A stretch of 64,000 nt of DNA, from the IMG/VR virus record IMGVR_UViG_3300046008_000242, positions 57,363 to 121,362 of that record; one strand, given 5' to 3'. How positions within the stretch are numbered: the stretch's first letter is position 1; the number at the start of each line of letters is the position of its first letter. Both the position numbers and the translations under genes were made by a program. The notes beneath the pieces are model-generated. The model was not told the origin of the DNA, searched no databases, and saw nothing but the letters and a program-made list of their open reading frames with translations. Source of the stretch: a virus. Its lineage: Duplodnaviria; Heunggongvirae; Uroviricota; Caudoviricetes. Shown here one piece after another: positions 29,048 to 39,605 of the stretch.

Positions 29048-29410
29048 TTGAATCAAATTGAAATCATAGCAATAGCAGCTCATGAAACAATCAAGAAATT
29101 CTGTGATGAAAATGGAGAAACGACTAATCTCCATTGGAATGAATGTCCAGAATGGCAGAAACACGCCGCTATAGCAAATGTTAAATTTGTATTGGAAACG
29201 GATAATGTAACAGATGAAATGTTACATGATTTCTGGATGAAAGATAAATTAGAACACGGATGGAAACTTGGTGATGTAAAAGATACAGAATTGAAGATTC
29301 ATCCTTGTCTGGTGCCATTTGAAGAAATATCTGAATACCAACAGATGAAGGATAGATTGTTTATCAATACTGTCCAATTATTGGATAGTAAATCTTACGA
29401 TTACAACTAA
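29048..29410 (+). CDS. RyR-domain protein
   Basis: HDFWM.DK...GWK.G..KD...K.HPCLVPFEE. Confidence 0.8.
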   Translation: MNQIEIIAIAAHETIKKFCDENGETTNLHWNECPEWQKHAAIANVKFVLETDNVTDEMLHDFWMKDKLEHGWKLGDVKDTELKIHPCLVPFEEISEYQQMKDRLFINTVQLLDSKSYDYN

Positions 29411-29438
29411 ATAAAGTTTTGAGTATAGGAAAATATAA

Positions 29439-29735
29439 ATGAGTGAAATTGAAAATGAGATCCTTGAAAAAGGATTAACTGCTCCACGGATTACACCAGA
29501 GCATATTGAATCTGTTATTGAAAAGGAAGATTACTACGTATTTCCTGATACATGTCTGACTGTATGTTGTCTTACATTATCTAATGGATTTAATGTAACA
29601 GGAGAAAGTGCTTGTGCATCTCCAGAAAACTTCAACAAAGAACTTGGTCAGAAGATCGCTAGATCTAACGCAAAGAGTAAGATTTGGGTTCTGGAAGGAT
29701 ATCTTTTGAAGGAGAGATTGAAAGATGGCAACTAA
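29439..29735 (+). CDS. N4 gp49/Sf6 gp66 family protein
   Basis: APRITPEHI, TVC.L.L.NGF.V.GESAC.SPENF..E.G..IA..NA..KIW.LEGYLLK. Confidence 0.85.
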   Translation: MSEIENEILEKGLTAPRITPEHIESVIEKEDYYVFPDTCLTVCCLTLSNGFNVTGESACASPENFNKELGQKIARSNAKSKIWVLEGYLLKERLKDGN

Positions 29736-30297
29736 AAAGTTTATTCCTGAAATTTTACAAGAGATTAATGATTCACCAAATGTATTGGAATCATTGAAAA
29801 GTTATGTTGACAATGAGACATTAAAATATACGTTTGCTTGGGCATTTATCCCAAAAGCCAAGTTTATGCTCCCTGACGGAATTCCACCATATAAACCAAC
29901 ATCAAATCCAATTGGAACAACTGCATCTAATTTTGCTCAAGAAGTTAGAAAATTCCAGATGTTCTTACGGACTGATATGAAACGAGTCCATCTTGAGAAA
30001 TTGTTTATCCAATTGCTTGAAGACTTACATCCTTCTGAATCTGAAGTGTTAATCTGTATTAAAGACCAGAACTTACGCAGATTGTATCCTAACATCACAT
30101 TAGATTTAATTGTTGAAGCAGGATTCTTTACATATCCGCATATCCCAGAAGGATACAAAATTTACGTTCCTGAAGTAAAAGAAGAATCAGATTTTTTGGA
30201 ATCAGAAGATTCTTCAGAGGAATCTCAACCCGTTTCAAAAGAAACAACTCCAACTACACCTAAGAAAGGTGGACGACCTAAAAAGGAAACAAAATGA
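29725..30297 (+). CDS. Conserved T4-like hypothetical protein (DUF6433-like)
   Basis: LPDG.PPYKP, E.LFIQLLE.LHP.E. Confidence 0.65.
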   Translation: MATKKFIPEILQEINDSPNVLESLKSYVDNETLKYTFAWAFIPKAKFMLPDGIPPYKPTSNPIGTTASNFAQEVRKFQMFLRTDMKRVHLEKLFIQLLEDLHPSESEVLICIKDQNLRRLYPNITLDLIVEAGFFTYPHIPEGYKIYVPEVKEESDFLESEDSSEESQPVSKETTPTTPKKGGRPKKETK

Positions 30298-30459
30298 GCG
30301 AATTTGAAAAATTTAAACAATCAGTAATGGAAGAATTTACTGGTAAATTGACTGAAGCAAAAAAAAGAATCACCCGAAGAAAAAGGTGAATCTAAAGCCG
30401 AAGAAGAATCAGAAGATGAAAATAAAGAATCTAAAAAGTTAGAAAAAGATTCTGATTAA
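30294..30459 (+). pseudogene. Small acidic protein with +1 frameshift in an A8 run
   Basis: Removing one A at about 30359-30366 restores EAKKESPEEKGESKAEEESEDENKESKKLEKDSD*. Confidence 0.5.
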
Positions 30460-30515
30460 AATTTGAACCTCAATGTCATAAATTGGCATTGGGGTTTTTC
30501 TCTATTGAGGATACA

Positions 30516-30833
30516 ATGAAACCGACAAAAGTAGAAAAACAAAAAGAACCTATCCTGATTGCATCATTTGCTACGTTATCAACTGGTGTGTCTATCCCAA
30601 GCATTTCAAACATCATATTTGCTTCTCCGTCAAAATCAAAGATTAGAGCATTACAGTCTATCGGTAGAGGATTACGATTAAAGGAAGGTAAATCTATATG
30701 TAAATTGTATGACATAGCAGATAATCTATCTTATAAGAGTTGGCGTAATCACACTTTAAATCATTTCGAAGAAAGAGTGAAGATTTACGCATCAGAGAAA
30801 TTTGATTTTAAAATTCATAAAATAGATTTTTAA
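30516..30833 (+). CDS. uvsW: Stand-alone C-terminal fragment of a UvsW-like SF2 helicase
   Basis: IAS..TLSTGVSIP, IIFASPSKSKIR.LQSIGRGLR, LYDIAD, HF.ER.KIY..E.F; own GAGG RBS. Confidence 0.75.
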   Translation: MKPTKVEKQKEPILIASFATLSTGVSIPSISNIIFASPSKSKIRALQSIGRGLRLKEGKSICKLYDIADNLSYKSWRNHTLNHFEERVKIYASEKFDFKIHKIDF

Positions 30834-31128
30834 TCCTTTTAATTTTAATGAAATCAAGTATAATAGATTTCAAATGAGGTGTGGTATGATAGATTCATAT
30901 CAGGTTAAATGTATTATCGGTTCTAAACTAAACAGAATTGTTGATACGAAAGTTGAATATCACGAAACTGGATATTCAATTAAATTTATTGATGTATTGT
31001 TTGATTATAGTATAATAAATGAACTCAAGCATACACTTGATAGATTTATCTCAGAGGATTACTCCATTTTTGAATCAGATGGCGTAATTGTAATCAAAGT
31101 TGAATTTTATTTTAAATGAGGAATGAAC

Positions 31129-31581
31129 ATGACCAGAATTAATGTTATTGAACCAAAACAATTGACAGACCAACATCTAATGGCAGAATATAGAGAATTA
31201 CCAATGGTTGGTAGCGCATTAAAACGTTCTATACGTTCCAAAAATGGTGTCCCAAAGATTCCAAGTAAATATACATTAAACACTGGTCATGTTACATTCT
31301 TCTACAATCTAGGTGCATATCTTGAAAGAAGATATAAATCTCTAATTGATGAATTGAATAATAGAGGTTACAAGTTAGATGAAAACAGAATTGTTGATTT
31401 TGATGTGTTCAAGGATAATGGTATGTACAATGATTGGAATCCAGATGAACCTGCTTTGCGTATAAACGTAGAAAGAATCAAACAGAAACTAGACATGAAG
31501 ATTGATTGGTATAAACATTATGGTAAACCAATTCTAGATAAACATGAAGTGTTGAATCCAACTGAATTATATAGAGGTTGA
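31129..31581 (+). CDS. denV: Pyrimidine-dimer DNA glycosylase (endonuclease V)
   Basis: MTRIN..L.DQHLMAEYRELP, YTL..GHV.FFY. Confidence 0.92.
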   Translation: MTRINVIEPKQLTDQHLMAEYRELPMVGSALKRSIRSKNGVPKIPSKYTLNTGHVTFFYNLGAYLERRYKSLIDELNNRGYKLDENRIVDFDVFKDNGMYNDWNPDEPALRINVERIKQKLDMKIDWYKHYGKPILDKHEVLNPTELYRG

Positions 31582-32041
31582 TATGAAAAAGGGTAGTTTG
31601 TTGTTCGCGTGCATTTATCTAATGAGAACGGTAAGGAAGATACCAAAAAATAGACCAATGGATTGGTTCTTTGACCAATATGAAAAACAAATCAAAGAAG
31701 TGTCTGAATTGTATTCGGTTTCTTCTGATGAATTACGCAACTTCTATATAAAATCATATAGAAGGGTTATTGATAAATCTATTGGCGATTATTATGAAAA
31801 ATTTACACGTCTTTAAGATACAGTATATTCCGCCTACATTAGATGGAGGTCATAGAATTAAGATTAAATCAGAACGGTTCAATCAATCTATTTTCATTCC
31901 ATTTATTAATGGTTCGACTATGATTGAATCTGCAACAGAATGTCTTAATTCAAAAGGATATGACATCCAATTTTCTGGAGAAGGAAATGGCAATACAATG
32001 TATCTAATTAGTCAAGTGTTTAAATCATTAAAGGAATCAAA

Positions 32042-32464
32042 ATGAATCTATTAGAATTTTCAATGGACATCCAACGTTTATATTACGAAAATGTCGAATT
32101 GAAAAAAGAGAACCAAAGATTACTTGGGATTGAAAAAGAATACAATGAATTATTGAGAACATCTAATGAACATAATCAGAAGATGTTCTCTAATGTTTTA
32201 AAACTATGTTTGAATGGAATTGATTCGTTTAAACAAGAAGAATGGCAACCAGATTGGTCTAAAATCAAATATGATTATTTGGCGATGGATAACAATGGTG
32301 AATGGAATTCATTCGAAACAAATAAAATTCATTTTAGTGATAGATTATTAACTTGGATGTTTGATGTGGGTTGTCATAAGGAATATAAACAAGAATTACA
32401 CATTGATTATAAACATCCAGCTCCTTCTAAGTCATTTTACACAAGACCTGGTATATCAAAATGA
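32042..32464 (+). CDS. Hypothetical protein
   Basis: ORF in operon; PDWS..YLAMD.NG.W motif. Confidence 0.5.
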   Translation: MNLLEFSMDIQRLYYENVELKKENQRLLGIEKEYNELLRTSNEHNQKMFSNVLKLCLNGIDSFKQEEWQPDWSKIKYDYLAMDNNGEWNSFETNKIHFSDRLLTWMFDVGCHKEYKQELHIDYKHPAPSKSFYTRPGISK

Positions 32465-32805
32465 TTGAATTAGAATCTAAAATTGTATTCGACCATGAAA
32501 CATTCTTAATACATACGGCATTAGATGTTGGTTCTATCTTCGGTGTAAATTTACAAGGAAGAACTCACGAAGATGGAACATACAATGCGACTGATTTTAG
32601 AAACAAATATCTTGTACCATTATTGATGCAACAAATTTACATTATCGTGGATTTTGATTCATGTAATGGAGCAGCATCGAATTGGTTAGAAGAATGTTTT
32701 GGAGGATTAGTTAGAATGGGATTTGATAAGGAATATCTATTGAACCATTTGAAATTTGTGGATGAATCGATTGAACTCGAATGTTTTGAATATATTGAAG
32801 GTTGA
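32461..32805 (+). CDS. STAS-like (DUF4325-type) protein
   Basis: GR...DG....DFR..YL.P, VDFD...G..S.WLEE.FGGLVR. Confidence 0.65.
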   Translation: MIELESKIVFDHETFLIHTALDVGSIFGVNLQGRTHEDGTYNATDFRNKYLVPLLMQQIYIIVDFDSCNGAASNWLEECFGGLVRMGFDKEYLLNHLKFVDESIELECFEYIEG

Positions 32806-32835
32806 AACTTACCAAATTAGAGAGATGTTTAAGAA

Positions 32836-33255
32836 ATGATGAAGGATAAATTTAAAATGTATTTCATGGAGGTCGCCGAGTTGACTTCCAAATTATCGCA
32901 TGCCAATAAATTGAAGGTTGGATCTGTTGCTGTTAAAGACGGAAGAATCATTGGTTGTGGATATAATGGCAATAACATTGAATTAGATCTAGATGAATGT
33001 GAAGATGTAATTGATGGTGAACTAATCACAAAATCAACTGTATTACATTCTGAAGAAAATCTAATTGCGTATCTAGCCAGAAACAATGAATCCTCTAAGG
33101 ATGCCATATTATTCTGTAACGTATTGCCGTGCATCAAATGTGCTAGATTGATTGTTGCGTCAGGATTCAAAGCTGTGTATTACAGAAACATGTATAGAGA
33201 TAATTCTAGTATTGAATTCTTCAATAAATGTGGCATCCATATCGAACGATTATAA
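32836..33255 (+). CDS. cd: dCMP deaminase
   Basis: KVG.V.VKD.RII..GYNG, HSEEN, PCIKC. Confidence 0.88.
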   Translation: MMKDKFKMYFMEVAELTSKLSHANKLKVGSVAVKDGRIIGCGYNGNNIELDLDECEDVIDGELITKSTVLHSEENLIAYLARNNESSKDAILFCNVLPCIKCARLIVASGFKAVYYRNMYRDNSSIEFFNKCGIHIERL

Positions 33256-33543
33256 GTAAGAACAACTAAACAAATTGGAAAATGATAAATGAGTAATAAA
33301 TGGCATGGTGGTAAAGGTTCAACCACAAGACCAACTGATGTTGACAAATATAATGAAAATTGGGATAGAATCTTTGGAGACAAGAAGAAGGATTCAGTTA
33401 AACCAAAGAAACAAAAGTTGAATGAAGTCGAATTTGACGATGATGCTCTTCATATGTTAAACGATTCAGAATATTAAAGGAAACCGAAATAGATGAGAAA
33501 TTCTATTTCGGTTTTATTATTTTTACCATATAATGAGAATAAA

Positions 33544-34443
33544 ATGAAAGCAATTTATACAATCGGTGTAAGTTCTTCTGGTAAATCATATTGGTCTAAT
33601 GAATTTGTCAAGAATAATCCAAATTACCTGATTATCGAACGAGATAAAATCAGAGCAGATATTCTTAGATCGTTATGTACATACAGAGAAGGGTTCCTAT
33701 GGAAGGTCTGGGATTTTAAAGATGAACATAAGGTCAATGAAATTGTACAACAGATGATTGATTTTGGAGTAAAGAATAATAAAGACATTATCTTCTCTAA
33801 TACAAATTTGAATAAGAAGTATCTACTCAAATCAATTCAACAGATGACTGAGTTAGGGTATAAAACTGAAATGAGATACTTTCCTGTTGATTTTGAATTG
33901 GCAATCGAACGCGATAAGAAACGAACTGAGACTGTTGGTATTGATGTAATCGAGAAACAATGGTTACAATGGCTTGAATTACCAAGAGAATGTATTGGTA
34001 TCCCAAAATACATTAAAGACGATACAAAACCGAAAGCCGTTGTTTGTGATATTGATGGTACAGTTGCCAGACATGTTAATAGAAATCCGTATGATTATTT
34101 TAAAGCTGGAACGGATGAACCTATTACGGAAGTGGTGAACATTGTTAAAATGTATAAAGAAAACGGATACCAGATTATCTTCTTATCTGGTAGAGATTCT
34201 GTATGCAGAGAAATAACGAATGATTGGTTGGGAAAACATTTTGGATCGGACTTCTTATTGTATATGAGAACCCAAGGTGACAGACGAAAGGATAGAATTG
34301 TCAAACAAGAATTATTTTTCAATCATGTTGCTGAAAATTGGGATGTTGAAGTTGTAATTGACGACAGGAAACAAGTCGTTAGATTATGGACAGACATAGA
34401 CGTAAAGTTGTTGAATGTTGGTAATTATTATGAGACATTTTAG
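33544..34443 (+). CDS. pseT: Polynucleotide 5'-kinase/3'-phosphatase
   Basis: GVSSSGKS P-loop; DIDGT HAD motif; SGR; DDR.QVV. Confidence 0.9.
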   Translation: MKAIYTIGVSSSGKSYWSNEFVKNNPNYLIIERDKIRADILRSLCTYREGFLWKVWDFKDEHKVNEIVQQMIDFGVKNNKDIIFSNTNLNKKYLLKSIQQMTELGYKTEMRYFPVDFELAIERDKKRTETVGIDVIEKQWLQWLELPRECIGIPKYIKDDTKPKAVVCDIDGTVARHVNRNPYDYFKAGTDEPITEVVNIVKMYKENGYQIIFLSGRDSVCREITNDWLGKHFGSDFLLYMRTQGDRRKDRIVKQELFFNHVAENWDVEVVIDDRKQVVRLWTDIDVKLLNVGNYYETF

Positions 34444-34583
34444 TGAAAGATTCATAGACACAGAATCATTGGTTGGTTCAATTATATCAATAATCGGTAT
34501 TATCTTATTTTTAACTGTTGGTGATTTTTATATATTATCAATAGGGATAATACTGTTGTTATTTTCAATTATAACACTTTCTT

Positions 34584-35432
34584 ATGAAATTTGTACATTT
34601 AAAGGAGATTAGGTTGATTGTAAATTATTGTTCAGATCTTCATCTTGAGAGAAATGTTGGAATATCTATTAAGAATAGAAACAAAGCTGATTTATTGATT
34701 CTTGCTGGTGATATTGTACCAATTAAATTATTGATTCAATCCTCCAATAATTTAAAGAAATATGATGAATGGGATAATATAACAGAATTCTTTGACACAG
34801 CATCCACTCAATATAAAGATGTTATATATGTATGCGGTAATCATGAATTCTATGATTCTGATATTGATGATGTAAAAGCATTGAAGAAATCATTAAAACA
34901 GTATAACAATATACATGTATTAGAACAAGAATCAATACGTATTGACGGTCATTTATTTGTTGGTGGAACATGTTGGACAAAGATAAAAGATCCAACTTTG
35001 GAAGCGGAAGCATTACATAAATTCTCAGATTACATTTATATCTCTGATGGTAAGATAACCGAGTATTATACCAATAAACGCAAACAATTATTACCTTCGA
35101 CCACTTCTAAAATGTGTGACGATTTTATCAAATATGTAAATCAAACATTAGAGGAAAACGACAACAATAATTTAATAGTGATAACGCATCATTGTCCAAC
35201 TCAACTTGGAATCCCAAACATTTTCAAAGGTAATTTCTGGAACGGATTATTTTGTAATGAATTTGATGACTATATATATGATACCAATAGAATTTCTCAT
35301 TGGATATATGGACACACTCATGATTATCCAAAAGATTTTTATATTGGTTCCACTAATATATTATCTAACACACACGGGTACCCTAATGAGGGATTTCCTT
35401 TGACATTTGAAATGAAAACATTTACATTATGA
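34584..35432 (+). CDS. Calcineurin-like metallophosphoesterase
   Basis: SDLH, AGD, GNHE, THH.P, GHTH. Confidence 0.9.
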   Translation: MKFVHLKEIRLIVNYCSDLHLERNVGISIKNRNKADLLILAGDIVPIKLLIQSSNNLKKYDEWDNITEFFDTASTQYKDVIYVCGNHEFYDSDIDDVKALKKSLKQYNNIHVLEQESIRIDGHLFVGGTCWTKIKDPTLEAEALHKFSDYIYISDGKITEYYTNKRKQLLPSTTSKMCDDFIKYVNQTLEENDNNNLIVITHHCPTQLGIPNIFKGNFWNGLFCNEFDDYIYDTNRISHWIYGHTHDYPKDFYIGSTNILSNTHGYPNEGFPLTFEMKTFTL

Positions 35433-35780
35433 TGGGATTATTTTACGCTGGGTTGATGTTAACATTATTGGTATTATTTTATTTCTTTATCCTTTGTGTA
35501 TTGTTGTTTATAATATACGTATTGGTATATTGGTTATTGTTTATGCCATTGACGTTTCTAATTGAATTATTTTGACATAGGATTTTGGTGTGGGATCTTT
35601 TCATTACCATAAAGTTAAATCAATCATTTCAGAAGCCATAATCATGGATGGATTTGGTAAATTAATGAATTATGATGGACCGTTCAGAGATGTGGATAAC
35701 AAAGTTGTATATTACGATCCCAAAAAGGGGTCTTTCTTGGATGCTGTAAAATTACATAAAAACTTAAATAGGAATATATT

Positions 35781-36131
35781 ATGACATTATCAAAAGACGT
35801 GTTGGAATTCATGAATGCTTGCGACCAAGAAGTTTCTCATGTGAACTCAGAACTCTATCTAAATCTAATCAAAGAAGAATATGAAGAATTACTCGAAGGT
35901 GTCAGAAACAACGATCGAGTTGAAATTTTGGATGCTCTAGAAGATCTTAAATGGGTAATCGCCGCGTACTCTCTATGTATGGGATTTGATTCGGAAGGTG
36001 CTTGGAATGAAGTGAAACGTTCAAACATGTCTAAGTTGGATCCAATTACTGGTAAGGCAATCAAACGAGCAGATGGTAAGATTTTGAAACCAGAAACATT
36101 CAGTCAACCAGATTTAACTCCATTTGTATAG
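35781..36131 (+). CDS. MazG-like/PRA-PH NTP pyrophosphohydrolase
   Basis: LIKEEYEEL, EILDAL.D, EV.RSNMSK, R.DGKILKP. Confidence 0.85.
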   Translation: MTLSKDVLEFMNACDQEVSHVNSELYLNLIKEEYEELLEGVRNNDRVEILDALEDLKWVIAAYSLCMGFDSEGAWNEVKRSNMSKLDPITGKAIKRADGKILKPETFSQPDLTPFV

Positions 36132-36140
36132 AGATACACC

Positions 36141-36314
36141 ATGGAACAAGAAATTGATTACAAAGAATTGTATCTGAATAGAATCAGAAAAGACATTGGT
36201 GAATTGATTGAATTCCTTACCAGTAAATCCGTCGAAGAAGAACATCTAAGACAAGCGTTCCTAGATGAAGTCAGACGAACTGGAACAGCAGATAAATTAA
36301 AAGAATTATTGTAA
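36141..36314 (+). CDS. Small hypothetical protein (57 aa, not in the ORF track)
   Basis: MEQEIDYKELY...KLKELL*, followed by a terminator at about 36326-36365. Confidence 0.5.
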   Translation: MEQEIDYKELYLNRIRKDIGELIEFLTSKSVEEEHLRQAFLDEVRRTGTADKLKELL

Positions 36315-36379
36315 CAATACATTATAGACCATCATATGTGTTTAACATATGATGGTTTTTATTTTTAAGGATAAAATAG

Positions 36380-36547
36380 ATGCCAACTCCGTACATTAAG
36401 AAAGTAGCCGATATATATAACAAACCCATAGAAGATGTCGAGAGATTATGGGATAAAGCCAAAGAATCCGTTGGTGATGAAAACAAAGAAGATTATGCTT
36501 TAATTACTCACATATTCCATAAAATTGTCAAATCTCATTATGCATAA
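36380..36547 (+). CDS. Small T4-like hypothetical protein (55 aa)
   Basis: MPTPYIKK..VERLWDKAK..DYAL.T.IF; AAGGA RBS. Confidence 0.55.
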   Translation: MPTPYIKKVADIYNKPIEDVERLWDKAKESVGDENKEDYALITHIFHKIVKSHYA

Positions 36548-37592
36548 ATTCAATTATAATTGGAAGTTATCTGAAACTGAATTTACAAAAGATAAGTTCA
36601 AGGTATTCTCTTGTTTCGCTTGTTGTGGTGGTTCTACGATGGGTTATAAACTTGTTGGTGGGAATGTTCTTGGTTGTGTAGAAATAGATCCAAGAATGAA
36701 CAAAGTTTATAATGATAATCATCATCCAAAGTATAGTTTCCTAGAAGACATTAGGGAATTCGTCAAAAGAGATGATTTACCAGAAGAATTATACAATTTA
36801 GATATCCTTGATGGTAGTCCACCCTGTTCTAGCTTCAGTATGAATGGTAATAGAGATAAGGATTGGGGTAAGGAGAAGATGTTCTCCGAGGGTCAAGCCA
36901 AACAAGTGTTGGATACATTATTCTTTGATTTTATTGAACTTGCTAAGAAATTACAACCAAAAATTGTTATCGCAGAAAATGTGAAAGGATTGATTCTTGG
37001 TAAGGCATTAAAATATGTTGACAGGATCTATAAAGAATTTGATGAAGCAGGATATTATTGTCAACATTTTCTATTGGATGGTTCCAAAATGGGATTACCA
37101 CAACGGAGAGAACGTGTATTCTTTGTCTGTCTAAGGAAGGATCTAGGTGAACCGTTCTTGGAATATAAAGGGTTAGAATTAAAACCAAGATTGATAATGG
37201 AATTTGATGAACCAATTATACCATTTAAAGATATATCAGAAGATGAAGTATATCCTGACAAAGAATTAGAACCATCAATAAGAAAATTATACCCATTGGT
37301 TAAACCAGGAGATGGATTTGATAAGGCTGAATTATCCAATGGTAATTTCTTTTCGTATAAGAAATTACATCCAGATAGACCATGTAATACATTAACAACT
37401 GGTAAATCTTGTTTTCATCATGTCATCCCAAGAAGAATGACAGATAAAGAATTTATATTGGCAAGCTCATTTCCATTGGATTTCAAATTTGGTGATGTTA
37501 AACCAGATTATGCTTGTGGTATGTCTGTACCACCAATTATGATGGCAAACGTTGCGTCTAATGTATATGAACAATGGTTGAAACACCTTTAA
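36540..37592 (+). CDS. C5-cytosine DNA methyltransferase
   Basis: F.C.GG motif I, GSPPC motif IV, ENVKG motif VI, QRRERVFF motif VIII, GMSVPP motif X. Confidence 0.92.
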   Translation: MHKFNYNWKLSETEFTKDKFKVFSCFACCGGSTMGYKLVGGNVLGCVEIDPRMNKVYNDNHHPKYSFLEDIREFVKRDDLPEELYNLDILDGSPPCSSFSMNGNRDKDWGKEKMFSEGQAKQVLDTLFFDFIELAKKLQPKIVIAENVKGLILGKALKYVDRIYKEFDEAGYYCQHFLLDGSKMGLPQRRERVFFVCLRKDLGEPFLEYKGLELKPRLIMEFDEPIIPFKDISEDEVYPDKELEPSIRKLYPLVKPGDGFDKAELSNGNFFSYKKLHPDRPCNTLTTGKSCFHHVIPRRMTDKEFILASSFPLDFKFGDVKPDYACGMSVPPIMMANVASNVYEQWLKHL

Positions 37593-37599
37593 CATAGAA

Positions 37600-37640
37600 T
37601 ATCCCATCAGATGTAAAAGTCTGATGGGATTTTTATTGGG
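37600..37640. terminator. ATCCC...GGGATTTTTATTG family terminator
   Basis: atcccatcaga/tctgatgggat; near-identical copy at about 47868-47906. Confidence 0.75.
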
Positions 37641-37654
37641 TAAAGGATATACAA

Positions 37655-37990
37655 TTATTGTTTCATCCAATTACTGGTTGCCATCAATAGACCATTTGTC
37701 CATGTAAATGTCTGACGATACGTATTTCCATTCAAATCTACATACGTGTCAGTAATTAAATTACCTGATGCATCATAACCGAGTGTATGATTAGATACAG
37801 CATTTGGATTAATCGCTAAACCATCAGAAGCGATGAAAGTTGGAGTAGTGCTAACCCCACCTGGAGTGATACCATCCGATAAGCATAATCCACCATTCGC
37901 TGGATTATAAAACAAATCTCCTTTAACACCGATAAAAGTGGTTGGATCCGTACCGCCAAGTTTATCGGCAAATAATTTATATGTTGTCAT
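37655..37990 (-). CDS. Small YD-repeat-like virion protein
   Basis: YDASGNLITDT..YRQTFTW.NG; paralogous to its neighbour. Confidence 0.55.
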   Translation of the reverse strand: MTTYKLFADKLGGTDPTTFIGVKGDLFYNPANGGLCLSDGITPGGVSTTPTFIASDGLAINPNAVSNHTLGYDASGNLITDTYVDLNGNTYRQTFTWTNGLLMATSNWMKQ

Positions 37991-38019
37991 TTTGTTTCCT
38001 TATGTTATCTGTATAAAAT

Positions 38020-38223
38020 TTATTGTTTGACCCATACACCAACATTAGTTAAATTGCCGTTGGTGTAAGTGAAAGTCTGACGATACACGTTTCCGTTAAA
38101 ATCAACGAATGTGTCTGTAATTAAATTGCCTGATGCGTCATAGGTGAAATTATGAGCGGCAGCATAGTCTGGATAAATTGTGTTGTTATCTGATGCAACA
38201 ACACCATAATTATCTACGAACAT
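38020..38223 (-). CDS. Small YD-repeat-like protein (paralog)
   Basis: YDASGNLITDTFVD.NGN.YRQTFTY.NG; TAAATA upstream. Confidence 0.55.
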   Translation of the reverse strand: MFVDNYGVVASDNNTIYPDYAAAHNFTYDASGNLITDTFVDFNGNVYRQTFTYTNGNLTNVGVWVKQ

Positions 38224-38293
38224 ATTTGTATTCCTTAAAAAGTCAATCGATGATTAGTTTATATAAACTATTTAAAATTATTTAATGATTTTT

Positions 38294-38330
38294 CTTTCGA
38301 TGTCAAAGATAACCTTTATAATAGATTTCA
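38294..38330 (+). promoter_or_regulatory. Phage promoter CTTTCGATG..TATAATAGATTTC with leader stem-loop
   Basis: Promoter and about 35-nt leader shared with the 20855 promoter. Confidence 0.8.
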
Positions 38331-38382
38331 AGTTGGAAGAATCCAATGAATTTAAATCAAACATTTTATAGAGGTCATTATC

Positions 38383-38634
38383 ATGTCACATCGTATCGCA
38401 GATGTTCAATCAAAATCGGTTTCAAAAGAACCAACTAAAGGTTTCACTTTGGCAACTAAAATTAAAAAAGGAAAATCTATTGAATGTGTAATCGATAGTT
38501 CCGATGGTCGTTATATTTCAATCTTGAAAATCGAATCTGTGACAATCACACCAAGTGGTAAATTTGTACATTTAGATGTTGGTGCGGATGAACCTATTGA
38601 ATTCAAATCAACAGATTACATCAAATTGATATAG
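38383..38634 (+). CDS. Hypothetical protein
   Basis: GAGG RBS; behind the promoter at 38294. Confidence 0.6.
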   Translation: MSHRIADVQSKSVSKEPTKGFTLATKIKKGKSIECVIDSSDGRYISILKIESVTITPSGKFVHLDVGADEPIEFKSTDYIKLI

Positions 38635-38984
38635 GATTAGATTCTTTTGGGCAATCTTAAGATCCTCAATTAACTGAACAAGTTGGTTGGGGATTTTTAT
38701 TGCGTAAAGGTTTCTTATATCATACATTATTTGCTCGTTAATGGACTCTAGTGGAATCTTCCGTATATTATCCAATCAACTCTATGTTATGTATAATTTA
38801 CGTTCCACTAGAGTCCAATATAGTGTATTTCATTGTAATGTCAACATATCGAAGGATTTGCATGAATACTCTTTCGATACATTAAACATCGAAAGAGTCT
38901 TATCGGTAATCTATAACATCGAATGTGTATCTATCAATATCCGAAACTCCTTTCGAAATCTCTAATACTCCACTATGATAGACT

Positions 38985-39159
38985 ATGTCGATCCTTTGAG
39001 TTATGTTCTTTAGGTGGCATTAATATTACTATATTATATTCTAGTGTAACTTAGACGTTTATTATTCATATTATAGACATTCATTTACAACAATATTCCC
39101 ATATAAAATCCTTCGATCCAGATCCCGTTGAGAACACCCGTTCCTTCGGGATTTTTATT
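38985..39159 (+). ncRNA. Putative small RNA, unit B1 (~175 nt)
   Basis: TTTCGA-17-TATGAT promoter; terminator 39121-39159. Confidence 0.5.
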
Positions 39160-39430
39160 GGATACAATTTGACAAACATCACGGTATCAATATACATAAA
39201 CAATCATTATTTGGACGTTAATCCATCCTAATGGAACGTCCTGTATATTATCCAATCAACTCTATGTCATATAGAATAAACGTTGCATACAATCCAAATA
39301 TAGATGTCTATGTTAATTCAACATATCGAAACAGTCTTCATGTATTCTTTCGATATGTTAATCATCGAGCTTGTTATAATCAGTTAAAGATACTCCTTTC
39401 GAAATCGATAAAACTCCATTATACTAGACT

Positions 39431-39605
39431 ATGTCGACGTTTTGAGTTATATCCGTTGTTTACATTTAGATGGTTTAATATTACCAAGCGTCTTCTATAT
39501 GTGTATTATACATTAAACTAATCATATTAAGACATTCATTTACAGTTAAAATATTTCGACTCCAGATCCCGTTGAGAACCAAAAAGTTCCTTCGGGATTT
39601 TTATT
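39431..39605 (+). ncRNA. Putative small RNA, unit B2 (~175 nt)
   Basis: TTTCGA-17-TATACT promoter; terminator 39565-39605. Confidence 0.5.
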
